Shown: one piece after another, positions 19,301 to 28,330 of the stretch
Layout: every line of letters starts with the position of its first letter
Position numbering within the stretch: the first letter of the stretch is position 1
NCBI GenBank assembly: GCA_044222065.1
Contig: JBGAOA010000006.1
Location: 1 to 64,000 of the forward strand
Reading direction: 5' to 3'
Source: Candidatus Eiseniibacteriota bacterium
Lineage (GTDB): Bacteria > Eisenbacteria > RBG-16-71-46
DNA: 64,000 bases
Notes under the pieces: generated by a model
What the model saw: only the letters and a program-made list of their open reading frames with translations
What the model was told of the DNA's origin: nothing
Database searches by the model: none
Position numbers and translations under genes: made by a program

Positions 19301-20496
19301 AGGAACTCTGGTCGGGCGTCTACTCGGCCTGGGACGGCAATCCGCCGGGCACCTACTTCGCCATCGCGGCCGGCCCGTACTTCGTCCGCGGCGGACGCCA
19401 CACGGTGACGGCGTGGGCCGATGCGCCGAGCGCGATCGCCGAGAGCAACGAGTCGGACAACCGTCACGATCGCCAGCTCATCTGGAGTCCGCTCAATCTG
19501 CTCGCGGCCACGCCGCAGAGTCGTCCCGCGCCGCCGCACATCGGCTACGCCGGCTTGTACAACGCGGACGGTATCCACCACGCGCACAACACGTCGCTCG
19601 CCTGGATCGTCAGCGCCGCGCCCCAGTCTCCGGGCGACGACTACGACCTGTGGCTCGCGACGGACTACGTCGGCAGCACCTCGGGCTACTCGGTCTTCCC
19701 GACGTGGTCGTTGTGGGGGGGCAATTCGACCGAATACGTCATCGGCCACTTCCAGGGCACGCCCGCGGACGTGTACCCCGAAGTGACGCGCGCCTGGTTC
19801 AACGCCGGGGGCGGCGGCTACTCGCTCGACGCCAACAACTCGAACGCGCGCTTCGGCGGCATCGGCTCGGTCTGGGACGCCCAGTCGCTCCCCGCCGGCC
19901 GCCTCGCCGACGTCTACGAGCTGTACATGACCTCGGGCTCGACGGCGTTCATCACGCTTCGACGTCTGACGGGCACGGGCGCGATGAACTTCGAGGTCTT
20001 CTCGGGCGCCACCGGCACGATGAGCGGCCGCGGCGGCGGGCAGTTCGGGATGCCGAACACTCCCGACGTCTCGACGGTGTCGTACACGGCGAGCGTAACG
20101 GGCTACCACCCGATCGCGGTGTTCCGCGACAACGGCACCGACTCGGGCACTCCCGTGACGTACAAGCTCGTGACTTCGACCGTGGACCCCGTCGGCGTCG
20201 GCGATCCCGAAGGACCGACCGACCTCTCGTTCGCGGGCGCGCTGCCGAATCCGGTTCGCGGCAGCACGCGGTTCAGCTTCTCGCTGCGCGAAGCGGGCGA
20301 CGTGCAGCTCGCGCTCTTCGACCTCGGCGGCCGCCGCGTGCGCACCGTCGTCTCGGGAGCGCGCGGCGCGGGACACCACGACGAAGCATGGGACGGCCGT
20401 GACGACAACGGCCGCCCGGTGGGCGCAGGGCTCTACTGGGCGCGTCTCCACGCCGGCGGGAAGTGGTTCACGAAGCGCGTGACCGTTCTGCAGTGA
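16303..20496 (+). CDS. Secreted trypsin-like (lysyl endopeptidase-type) serine protease with PPC-like domain, duplicated CARDB-like modules and FlgD-Ig C-terminal domain
   Basis: LTANHC, SDYSL, TEPGSSGSG triad motifs; DEDWF/GDIDM PPC-like; two ESNESDN motifs; PNP..FDLGGRRVR..WDGRDDNG..GLYWARL. Confidence 0.9.
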   Translation: MRTSQRTWFAAVLALVALAAARPLHAESVDGARAPASETTTKSDAAPKAFSVARGVSVEANLKTTTLAALDIAPLLAEDEAKEKGNPLRTGVSRDLKLRAPEGGWTKAPDGWIWAVEVRSTDAKAIRLHFTLMDAAAGVEVLSYSPDRPDDLSPVYGGRGPLGDGDFWTPFVAGDRIRAECFVPGESATPPAKVPFTIDAALHMYRSPFEAVGKGSGDAIEEGGCHNDVMCFPAWGLERDATARIDFVVGGSGFLCTGQLINTLITDLTPYFLTANHCISSNAVANTAVISWNWQTSSCGGSVPAFGSLPTSSVCTLLSNGATSDYSLLMVEGTLPGGRGWVGWNSGGVGFNTSVTCVHHPDGAFKRISFGATQLIPFCGGTAFDHIGVGWGSGVTEPGSSGSGLYNSSTHQLIGQLHCGASSCSNLGGQDSYGAFSSTYGPISGFLNAGSDDGFENNDACASAWGLSNGGYGGMIVKSGDEDWFSLAAGPNAQVSVSISFTHAFGDIDMGLYTACGTLVASSTSTGNSETINYTNTTGASPLFLRVYLFSDTRNQYSLSVNVTAAPNLNATVTPSGFSWPIVPRTSNDAGFFNAVLPATLNGDVGNTWLNWAIQHEGPGTIGPGWDTQIKLDWGAVIASGGVGPGSGPTSYQALNVGAYTIPGGRHSLTNSVDTPNAVLESNESDNVWTGQYVWSPTPLVDQASALRAPAPHPGFYATPNCDGYAGSGAYWGAFGIIPQGVNDYDLQLFNDYSGSLTGFQSSLVGSFWGGSASDFVIWNNNWLGFGSSRQAGVTRFAGGTGNYAVHHSNEVTSVFGVPTTYGSSYVTPNITIGGQEVLKLHEVYLDATSAPTFAFTVENLSGTARLNCSLYDQAGTYFAKSNYLAAGFSSGPGGNATMNYLPTTSGWYVVAVWKSDGDDIGLANTYQLRIGPALSNLSETIAPETGWDDVVVPRNDGTGGTTVSPTLDGNATNTYASWLIGQLGPNNMPAWSTQVNLDEELWSGVYSAWDGNPPGTYFAIAAGPYFVRGGRHTVTAWADAPSAIAESNESDNRHDRQLIWSPLNLLAATPQSRPAPPHIGYAGLYNADGIHHAHNTSLAWIVSAAPQSPGDDYDLWLATDYVGSTSGYSVFPTWSLWGGNSTEYVIGHFQGTPADVYPEVTRAWFNAGGGGYSLDANNSNARFGGIGSVWDAQSLPAGRLADVYELYMTSGSTAFITLRRLTGTGAMNFEVFSGATGTMSGRGGGQFGMPNTPDVSTVSYTASVTGYHPIAVFRDNGTDSGTPVTYKLVTSTVDPVGVGDPEGPTDLSFAGALPNPVRGSTRFSFSLREAGDVQLALFDLGGRRVRTVVSGARGAGHHDEAWDGRDDNGRPVGAGLYWARLHAGGKWFTKRVTVLQ

Positions 20497-20537
20497 CGGG
20501 GTGCCGCGCGGGGCAGCCGCCCCGCGTGGCGTCGAAT

Positions 20538-20580
20538 CGAGGGCCCGGAGGTCTCCGCTCCGGGCCCTCGCTGTTATGTT
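20538..20580 (+). terminator. Intrinsic terminator-like hairpin after the protease gene
   Basis: 13-bp stem CGAGGGCCCGGAG / CTCCGGGCCCTCG followed by CTGTTATGTT. Confidence 0.65.
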
Positions 20581-20651
20581 CGCGCCCGAGGCCCGGACGG
20601 GCGGAGGACCCGCGCGTCGCCGGGCGCCGAATCGGAAGGGGAGGAACGAGC

Positions 20652-21167
20652 GTGCCGCGCTACGTGGCGCTCCTCAGGGGCGTGTATCCGCAACTCGTGA
20701 AGATGCCGGATCTCCGGCGCTGCTTCGAGGCGGCGGGCTTCGAGGACGTGCGCACCGTGCTCGCGAGCGGCAACGTCGCGTTCGATGCGCCCGGCCGATC
20801 GCCCCGCGCGATCGAGCGCGGCATCGAGGCGGCGCTCGATCGGCGCCTCGGACGATCGTTCCTCACGCTCGTCCGGACGCGCGACGCGCTCCGTGCGCTC
20901 GTCGAGTCGGATCCGCACGCGGACTTCCGGCTGCCCGCGAACGCGAAACGCATCGTGACGTTCCTCGCGGCCGCACCCGCGAGGGCGGCGAAGCTGCCGC
21001 GAGTGGAGGAAGGCGTCCACGTGCTCGCGGTGCTCGGCCGCGAGGCGATCCTCGCCTACGAGCCGCATCCGCGCGGCCCGGTGTTCATGCGCGTGATCGA
21101 GAAGACCTTCGGCGACGCGGTGACGACGCGCACGTGGGACACCGTGAAGCGCTGCGCGCTCGCCTGA
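20652..21167 (+). CDS. DUF1697 domain protein
   Basis: RYVALLRGV..KMPDL..GFEDVRTVLASGNV..TTRTWDTV; GAGGA RBS before the GTG at 20652. Confidence 0.9.
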   Translation: MPRYVALLRGVYPQLVKMPDLRRCFEAAGFEDVRTVLASGNVAFDAPGRSPRAIERGIEAALDRRLGRSFLTLVRTRDALRALVESDPHADFRLPANAKRIVTFLAAAPARAAKLPRVEEGVHVLAVLGREAILAYEPHPRGPVFMRVIEKTFGDAVTTRTWDTVKRCALA

Positions 21168-21308
21168 GCGAACGACGGCCGGCAACGCGCTTCCGCCGTG
21201 CGCGAACTTCCCGGCGACTTCGCGCAAAGACGGGCATCACAACCGCACTCGCCCCGAAATCTTCCACGCGTTTGCGATCCGGTCCGCCACGACCCGAAGG
21301 AGTGTCCC

Positions 21309-22562
21309 GTGCGCTTCCCGCTGCCGACGTGCCTTGCCGCTCTGGTGCTGTTGTTCCATGCGACGTCCGCGCACGCCCAGTGGACGCGCGTGGCGGACGT
21401 GCCGGTCTCGACGATCTACTCGGCGTGGGCGAACGGCGACACGATTGCCGCGGGCTCGGACAGCTCGGCCTACGTGAGCGTCGACGGTGGCCTCACGTGG
21501 AAGCACACCGCCGATGTCGCCTCGGGCATCTCGGCCGTGTCGGCGGTGCGCCTGCGCAACGGTCGTCTCTACGCCGGCACGTCGGGGAAGGGCGTGTTCG
21601 TGAGCGATGACCTCGGCGACACGTGGATCGCGTTCAACCAGGGGCTCACGGGCGGTCTCTTCAATTCGCAGCTCTTCATCTCGGACCTGCTGCTCGACGG
21701 CGACCGGATGCTGGCGGCGACGTCGGGCGCGGGCGCCTACGCTCGCGATCTCACGGCCGGCAACTGGGCCCACTTCGGCGAGGAGTTCGAGCCGAACCAG
21801 TCGTCCAACCTGAACGACGTCGCCGCGGGTGGCTCTCGGCTGGTCGCGTGCGGCGGATTCAACGGCACCGTGTTCTGGCGCGACCCGGGCGATCCGGACT
21901 GGACGCTCTCGTGGCTCGAGGAGCGGGGGATTACGCCCGGGCTCGCGGCGCTGACGGCGGCGTGGAACGGTTTCGGCTGGGTCGTCGGCTCGAACATCGG
22001 CGTGTACCGGAGCGTGACGGGGCAGGGGCCGTGGACGCTCGGCGGCCCGAACCTGGGCACGCTGCTCTTCACGTCGTTCGCGACGCGCGGGCGCGACCTG
22101 TTCGCCGCCTTCCAGTCCGGCTCGAACGCCGTCGTCTCGATCAGCGCCGACGACGGCGCGACCTGGCGCGAACTCGAGACCCTGCCGTTCACGTTCGTGT
22201 TCGAGATCGCGCGTTCGGGGAGCGTACTCTACGCCGGGCGCGCGGACGGACTGTGGCGCCGTTCCATCGCCGACGTCTCGGTGCCCTCGGAGCCTCGCGC
22301 GCCCGGCCGCTTCGCCCTCGCCGGCGCCCAGCCCGTGCGCGGCGCGGCGCGGTTCCGCTTCGCGCTCGAGACGTCCGGCGACGTGAGGATCGACGTGTTC
22401 GATGCCGCCGGACGGCGCGTGGCGACCGTGACGCACGGCGCGTACGGGGCGGGTGCGCACGCGCTCGACTGGGACGCGCACGCGCTCGCGCCCGGCGTCT
22501 ACGAGGCGCGGTTCCTCACGCGCGATCGGGTCGAGACGACGCGGCTCGTGCGCGTGCGCTGA
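21309..22562 (+). CDS. Secreted Asp-box/BNR beta-propeller protein with C-terminal sorting domain
   Basis: AAGGAG RBS, signal peptide, SVDGGLTW / SDDLGDTW / SADDGATW repeats, FDAAGRRVA..LAPGVY. Confidence 0.85.
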   Translation: MRFPLPTCLAALVLLFHATSAHAQWTRVADVPVSTIYSAWANGDTIAAGSDSSAYVSVDGGLTWKHTADVASGISAVSAVRLRNGRLYAGTSGKGVFVSDDLGDTWIAFNQGLTGGLFNSQLFISDLLLDGDRMLAATSGAGAYARDLTAGNWAHFGEEFEPNQSSNLNDVAAGGSRLVACGGFNGTVFWRDPGDPDWTLSWLEERGITPGLAALTAAWNGFGWVVGSNIGVYRSVTGQGPWTLGGPNLGTLLFTSFATRGRDLFAAFQSGSNAVVSISADDGATWRELETLPFTFVFEIARSGSVLYAGRADGLWRRSIADVSVPSEPRAPGRFALAGAQPVRGAARFRFALETSGDVRIDVFDAAGRRVATVTHGAYGAGAHALDWDAHALAPGVYEARFLTRDRVETTRLVRVR

Positions 22563-22598
22563 AGCCGCGAGGCGATTCGGAGACGGCGTCGCGCGCGT

Positions 22599-23840
22599 TC
22601 ACGCGAACGCGCGCAGCGCCTTCTCCGCGAGCCGGTCGAACGCCCGCACGCACAGCTCGAGGTGCTCTTCCTTCGTGTCCTCAATCTTGTTGTGGCTGAT
22701 GCCGTGCAGGCTCTGGACGAACATCATCACGGTCGGAACGCCCGCGCGCGCGACCTCGGCCGCGTCGTGCAGCGGGCCCGACGGCAGGCGGTGCACGGTG
22801 CCGCACGTTTCGACGATCGCCTCTTCGCAGAATTGCAGGAGCCGCGGGTCGAACAGCACCGGCTCGATGCTCCAGATCTTCTCCCACGCGACGTCCACGT
22901 TCGCCTCTTTCGCGAAACGCTCGCTCGCGGCGCGCGCGTCCGCGTAGAGCGCGGCGAGCGCCTGCGCGTCGAGGTGGCGCTGGTCGAGCGTCAGGCGGCA
23001 GTCCTCGACGACGCTCGTCACGATGCCCGGCTTCGTCGTGCACGAGCCGATCGTGCTCACGCCGCCGTGGCGGCCCGTGATCGCGTACACCTCGGAGCCC
23101 ATCCGGCCCGCGGCGAGGAACGCGTCGCGGCGGCGGTTCATCGGCGTGCTGCCCGAGTGCGCGGCCTGCCCGTGGAACGTGATCGCGTGGCGCTCGACGC
23201 CGAACGTCCCGAGCACGACGCCGAGCGGCAGGCCGAGATCGAGCAGCACCGGGCCCTGCTCGATGTGCAGCTCGAGGTAGGCGGCCGCGTTCGCGAGTTC
23301 GCGACGGCTGTCCTTCACCTTCTCGAAGTCGATGCCGACGTCCCTCAGCGCGTCCGGCAGCCGCACGCCGTCCTTGTCCACGAGGCCGCGCGCTTCGGCG
23401 AGGTCGAGGTTGCCCGAGCACGCCGACGAGCCGAACAGGCTGCGCCCGAAGCGCGCGCCCTCTTCGTCGGCCCAGTCCACGAGACGCACGGTCATCGGCG
23501 GCGCATCGCCGTACTGCGCGTGGATGCGCCGCAGCACTTCGAGGCCGGCGAGCACGTTGAGGCAGCCGTCGAGCCAGCCGCCGTTCGGCACCGAGTCCAT
23601 GTGCCCGCCGATCAGCAGCGCCTTCTCGGAGCGGCCGCGCAACGTGCTCCACAGGTTGCCCGCCGCGTCGGCGTGGGTCTCGAGCGGGAGCGCGGCGAGC
23701 TTCGAGCGCAGCCACTCGCGGACCTTGAGCCACATCGGCGTGAACGCGATGCGCTGCGCGCCGTGTTCGTCGGCGGAGAACTGTCGGAGCTCCTTCAGCT
23801 CCTCGATCGTGCGTCGGGCATTCACGGAGGTATTCGTCAT
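22599..23840 (-). CDS. Zn-dependent N-carbamoyl-amino acid / allantoate amidohydrolase family enzyme (M20)
   Basis: GGHMDSVPNGGWLDG, DEEGARF, ELHIEQGP, GQAAHSG, SGPLHDA, GISH. Confidence 0.92.
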   Translation of the reverse strand: MTNTSVNARRTIEELKELRQFSADEHGAQRIAFTPMWLKVREWLRSKLAALPLETHADAAGNLWSTLRGRSEKALLIGGHMDSVPNGGWLDGCLNVLAGLEVLRRIHAQYGDAPPMTVRLVDWADEEGARFGRSLFGSSACSGNLDLAEARGLVDKDGVRLPDALRDVGIDFEKVKDSRRELANAAAYLELHIEQGPVLLDLGLPLGVVLGTFGVERHAITFHGQAAHSGSTPMNRRRDAFLAAGRMGSEVYAITGRHGGVSTIGSCTTKPGIVTSVVEDCRLTLDQRHLDAQALAALYADARAASERFAKEANVDVAWEKIWSIEPVLFDPRLLQFCEEAIVETCGTVHRLPSGPLHDAAEVARAGVPTVMMFVQSLHGISHNKIEDTKEEHLELCVRAFDRLAEKALRAFA

Positions 23841-23908
23841 GCGCGCATCCTAACCTCGACCGCGCCGCCGGGCGAAGGCCGCGGAGCGCCGCGGAGGGCG
23901 AGCGATCG

Positions 23909-24862
23909 CTACGCCGCGCGCTTCGCGGCGCCGGACTCGCCGCCGCCGAAGCCCGAGAGCAGGCTGTCCATTCCGATCTGCACGCGCTCGAGGATCTCGG
24001 TCATGCGGTCCCGGTCGTTGAGGCCGAGGTCGAGGAACACGTGCTCGGTCGTGAAGTTCACTTCGCCGCCGTCCCCGCCCACGCCGAGGTGCTGGCAGAT
24101 GCGGTTCGCGGCGTAGACGAGCCGCGTCGCCGGCGGCACCGCGTGGCCGGCGCGGTACAGGTGGTGCTGGCCCGCCGCCGTGACGATCGGCTCGGGCATT
24201 CCCCACTGCTTCAGCACGTGCGCGCCGACCTGCTCGTGCATTTGCGTCACGACGATCTCGGCGGTCTCGTCATCGAGCGGCCGGCCCTGATTCTCGCGCG
24301 CGTAGTCGGCGATCGCGTTGAGCAGTGTCGGCACGCCGGTGTCGTGCAGGAGGCCGAGCAGGAACGCGGCTTCGTGACCGCTGCCGGTCGCGAGCGCGAG
24401 CGTGTCGCACGCGACCGCCGCGCCGACCGAGAGCTTCCACGAACGCTCGAGCGCCGCCTTGTGAGACTTGGCGGTGAACACCTTGGTCTGGATGGACTCG
24501 GTGAACACGAGGTTGCTCACGGTCTTCATGCCGAGCCGTGCGAGCGCCTGCTGCACCGTGTCCACGGGCACGGTCCCCGCGTACGCCGCCGAGTTCGCGA
24601 TGCTCAGGATGCGCGCGGCGAGTGCGGGATCGGTGAGCACCACCTTCGTGATCTCGTCCATGCCCGCGTCGGGCGATTCGGAGAGCTGCATCACCCGCAT
24701 CGCGACCTGCGGCAGCTTCGGGATGACGAGCTTGCCGGCCTCGAGCTTCTTGAGGATCGAGGCCTGCAGGGCGTCGACGAGCTTGTCGTCGAGCCCGAAG
24801 GAGGAGCCGTCGACGTTGTAGACCGTGTTGGTGGGCGGGCGATGAAGCTTCTTCGGAAGCAC
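23909..24862 (-). CDS. HDOD domain protein
   Basis: IPKLPQVA..DPALAARILSIANSAAY..ALARLG..LLGLLHDTG..HEQVGA..WGMP..HH; own GTG start inferred near 24862. Confidence 0.88.
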   Translation of the reverse strand: MLPKKLHRPPTNTVYNVDGSSFGLDDKLVDALQASILKKLEAGKLVIPKLPQVAMRVMQLSESPDAGMDEITKVVLTDPALAARILSIANSAAYAGTVPVDTVQQALARLGMKTVSNLVFTESIQTKVFTAKSHKAALERSWKLSVGAAVACDTLALATGSGHEAAFLLGLLHDTGVPTLLNAIADYARENQGRPLDDETAEIVVTQMHEQVGAHVLKQWGMPEPIVTAAGQHHLYRAGHAVPPATRLVYAANRICQHLGVGGDGGEVNFTTEHVFLDLGLNDRDRMTEILERVQIGMDSLLSGFGGGESGAAKRAA

Positions 24863-24981
24863 GAGTCGTCGTCCCTGAGCGGAGGTTCGTACGCGCGGCC
24901 ACGGCGGGGCCGCCGGCGGCCACACGGGGTACCCGCAGTCTCGGCGGCCGGCGCCCGGGCTTGAGGGGCGCCGGCGGGGCG

Positions 24982-27900
24982 TCAGTCGCCCGTCGCGGTG
25001 AAGGCCGCCCAGTAGAACGGGTGGAGCGTGAGCCCGCGCGCGCGGCGCGCCGCGATCACGGCACGGCACGCGTCGCGCATCGCACCCCCCGCGGTCGGAT
25101 CCGGGCTCGCGTAGAACGCGACCATCCACTGGCGCGTCGTCTCGTCCGCGATCGGCCACAGGCTCGCGACCACGCAGCGCGCTCCGGCGAGGTGGAACGC
25201 GCGCCGCATGCCGGACACGGCGGCGCGGCTCCAGCGCTCGGCGACCCCCGACTGGCACGCCGACAGCACGACGCGTTCGGTGCCCTCGAGGTCGAGCGTC
25301 GAGACCTCGTCGGCCGTGAGCCAGCCGTCGTCGCCGTCGTCCGTGTCGGCGCTCGCGCGATTGGCGCCCGCGAACGCGAGCCACGCCTCGCGCCCGATCC
25401 ACGGCGAGGCCGGCGGCGCGGGTGAGGGCGGAGTCGCGGGGCGCTTCGCCTTCGCGCGCTTCGTTTGCCCCGACGTCGCGGCCAACTCGCTCACGCCGCC
25501 GACGCCGCGCGCGGCGACGAGCGGCAGGCATCGGCGCCCGCCTCCTGCGAGAGCACGCCGTGCGTCGCGACGTGGATCGCGCGCCGGCCGTGCGCGAGCG
25601 CGCGGAAGCGCGCCTCGGTCGCCTCGGCGCCGAGCAGCAGTTCCGGCGTCGCCGCCGTGCGCGCCCGGCCAGAGCGCCGCGATCGCCTTCGCTTCCTCGC
25701 GCGCGCCCGGCAGGTCCGCGAGCGCGAGCGTTCCGTGCCCGCGGCCGCCGCCGGGAAGGCGCGCCGCGCCTGCGGTCGCGCGCGGCCTTCGGCGGCCGGG
25801 CCCGAGAAGTCGGGGTCGCCGACCGCGAGCAGCGTCCGCGATTCCCGACGGGTGCGCCGCGCGACCTGTGGCCGCGCCTGACGAGCACGCGGATCTGCCG
25901 ATCGGATTCGGCGAAGGCCACGCCCTTCGAAGAAGGAGCGCGAGCCACGGCAGGTCGCGCGTCAGGCTGACGCGACGACGAACACCTCGCGGACTCGCCG
26001 AGGGCCGCGGCGAGCGGATCCCACAGGTTCGCCTCGCCCGCGGCGCGCGCCGCGCGCTCCGGCCGCGCGCGCGCCGGCCGCGTTCGCCGGCAGGCGGCGT
26101 CGAGAGCCGGGAGAGCCATGCCGAGATGCGCGCCGTGATCGCGTCCAGCGGAACCGAGACGCACGAGGCGCGGGTCCGCGCCGCCGGCGCGCGCAACGAA
26201 GGCGAGCAGCTCGAAGTGCTCCTCGCCGCCGGCCGCGGCCACGTGGTCGTCGAGCGCCTCGCCCGGCTGGAGCGCGGCGAGCACCGGCGCGAGCGGCAGA
26301 GGGCCGACGCGTTCGCCGCGCGCCGCGGCGAGGCGCGCATAGTCGCGCTCGGCGTCGTCCGCGAGCGCCCGGCTCTCTTCGAACCGCATCCGCGCGCCGG
26401 GCGAGCCGTCGTCGAACGTGCCGGCGACGAGCCGCTGCGCGTGACGGCGCGCCGCGCCGACCCATCGCGCATGCGCGGCGGCGAGCGCCGAGTCGCCCGC
26501 GACCGACACGCGGCGCCGCGCCTCGATCGCCTCGCGCATGGCCCCGTGGCGCTGCAGCACGGCCTCCCACGCCGCCCGCACCTGGTCCGGCCGCGCCGGT
26601 TCGGCGAGCAGCGCGAGCGACTGCGAGGGATCCGCGGCGTCGTCTTCGTGCATCAGCGCCTCGCGGTCCGACAGCCCCTCGATCTCGAAGCGGAAGCGCT
26701 CGCGCGCCATGCCCTCGGCGATCGTCGCGTGGCGCCACGCGTCCGCGGCGCGACCCAGCCGGTGCTCCGCCTGGGCGCGCGTCTCGACGGCTTTCGGCCA
26801 GTTCTTGCTGCGTTCGAGACCCGTCGTGTCGGCCCACGCGTCCAGGGCGCGGCCGAGGCTGTCGGCGAACGCCGCGTCTGCCGGACCGCGCACGGTCTCG
26901 AAGAGCTGCACGGCGAGATCGAGGCGCGTCATGAGCGCCACGTCCGGCGCGCGCGCGGCGGCGAGCAGCCGCGTGCGCGCCTCGGCGTAGCGCCCCTCGT
27001 CGAGCTCGAGACCGACGCGCACGATCGTGCCGTAGGCGGCGATCGTCGGATCGGGATCGGGGGTGCGGGCGAGGATCTCATCCGCTTCGTCGAGCAGCGT
27101 GCGCGCCCGCGCCGCATCGCCGCCGCGTTCGCACGCGAGCGCGAGCGTGATGCGCTTGTGCACGAGCGACACGTGGGTGGGCGGCAGGCGCCGGGTCTCC
27201 ATGGCGAGCACGGAGTCGAGGTCCGCCCGGGCCCGCGCGAAGTCGCCGAGCGCGATGCGTGCCGCGCCGAGCGTCGAGCGGTACGAGATCGCATCGGGCG
27301 AGGCCTCGCCTTCGCGTTCGACGCACGTCGAGAGCGCACGCTCGCCGAGCTCGACCGCGCGCGCCGGGTTGCCCGCGCGCCGCTCGAGCGTCGCGAGCGC
27401 ATCGAGCGCCAGCTCGAGTCCGTGGAACGACGAGCGGGCGTTCGCTCCCGCGATGCGGACGGCGTTCTCGAGCTCGGCGCGCGCGCTGTCGAATTCGGCG
27501 AGTTCGCCGTACGAGCGTCCGAGTTCCGTGCTCAGCACGCCGAGCCCCGGCGCGTTCGGCCCGAGCGCGCGCTCGATGAGCAGGGCCGAGCGGCGGAACG
27601 CCGGGATCGAAGCCGCGTAGTCCGAGCGCGCGCGCTGCGCCTGCCCCTCGCGGAAGTAGAGGTTGCGCAGCACCGAGTCGCTCGGCGGCGCCTCGGCCAG
27701 CGCGATCGCGATCGCGCGTCGTACCTGCTCGAGCGCGCGATCGCCGTCCTGCAGGTCCACGCGCAGCAGCGACGCGGTCGAGAGCGCGCGAATGAGGGTG
27801 CGCGTGTCGGGCGGGCGCAGCCGTTCGGCGACCGCGATCGCGCGATCGGATGCCGCGAGCACGACGCCGTCCGAGAAGTCGCCGAGCGAACGCCCGTCGA

Positions 27901-28138
27901 GCGTGAGCCGCGTGAGCGCGCGCGCCAGCTCGACGGAATCCACGGGCGTCTCGCGCTCGATCGCCTCGACGAGCGCGCGACACGCGCGCACGGCGTCGGT
28001 CCAGCGGCCCGACGACTCGAAATGGGCGAGCGAGTCCCACGGCGCGGGCGACGCCGGCGGCGCCGCGGCGCCGAGGGCGACGACCGGGACCGCGAGAGCG
28101 AGCGCGGCGGCGAGTGCCGCGATGGATCGGAGCGTCAC
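24982..28138 (-). CDS. Secreted TPR + CHAT (caspase-like) protease, frameshifted in this sequence
   Basis: Signal peptide and TPR helices from 28138; CHAT motifs LWDPL, LLAVGDPDF, LPGAREEA, IHVATHG (from 25577), VLSACQSG, HPFYWAAF spread over all three frames between about 25500 and 26200. Confidence 0.8.
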
Positions 28139-28330
28139 GCGGACTTCCTCCGGGTCGGCACGGAGCGGACCCGTGCGCCGGGCCGCGCCGGCACTATACG
28201 GCAGAGTCCGCGTCCGGCCTTGAGGGAAAGACCAAGGGGCGCGGATCTCTCGAGAGCCGACCGCGACGGCGGAGCGGAAACTGCGGTGGACCGCGCTCGT
28301 CGCGGGGCGCGCGAGCGGCGCGATTGCCTG

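Noticed and set aside
23909..28138. 1409-aa TPR-HDOD fusion ORF in the track
   Set aside because: The middle is off-frame Arg/Ala-rich text overlapping the real CHAT C-terminus (stop at 24982); the fusion is a by-product of frameshifts, and the HDOD gene has its own start near 24862.
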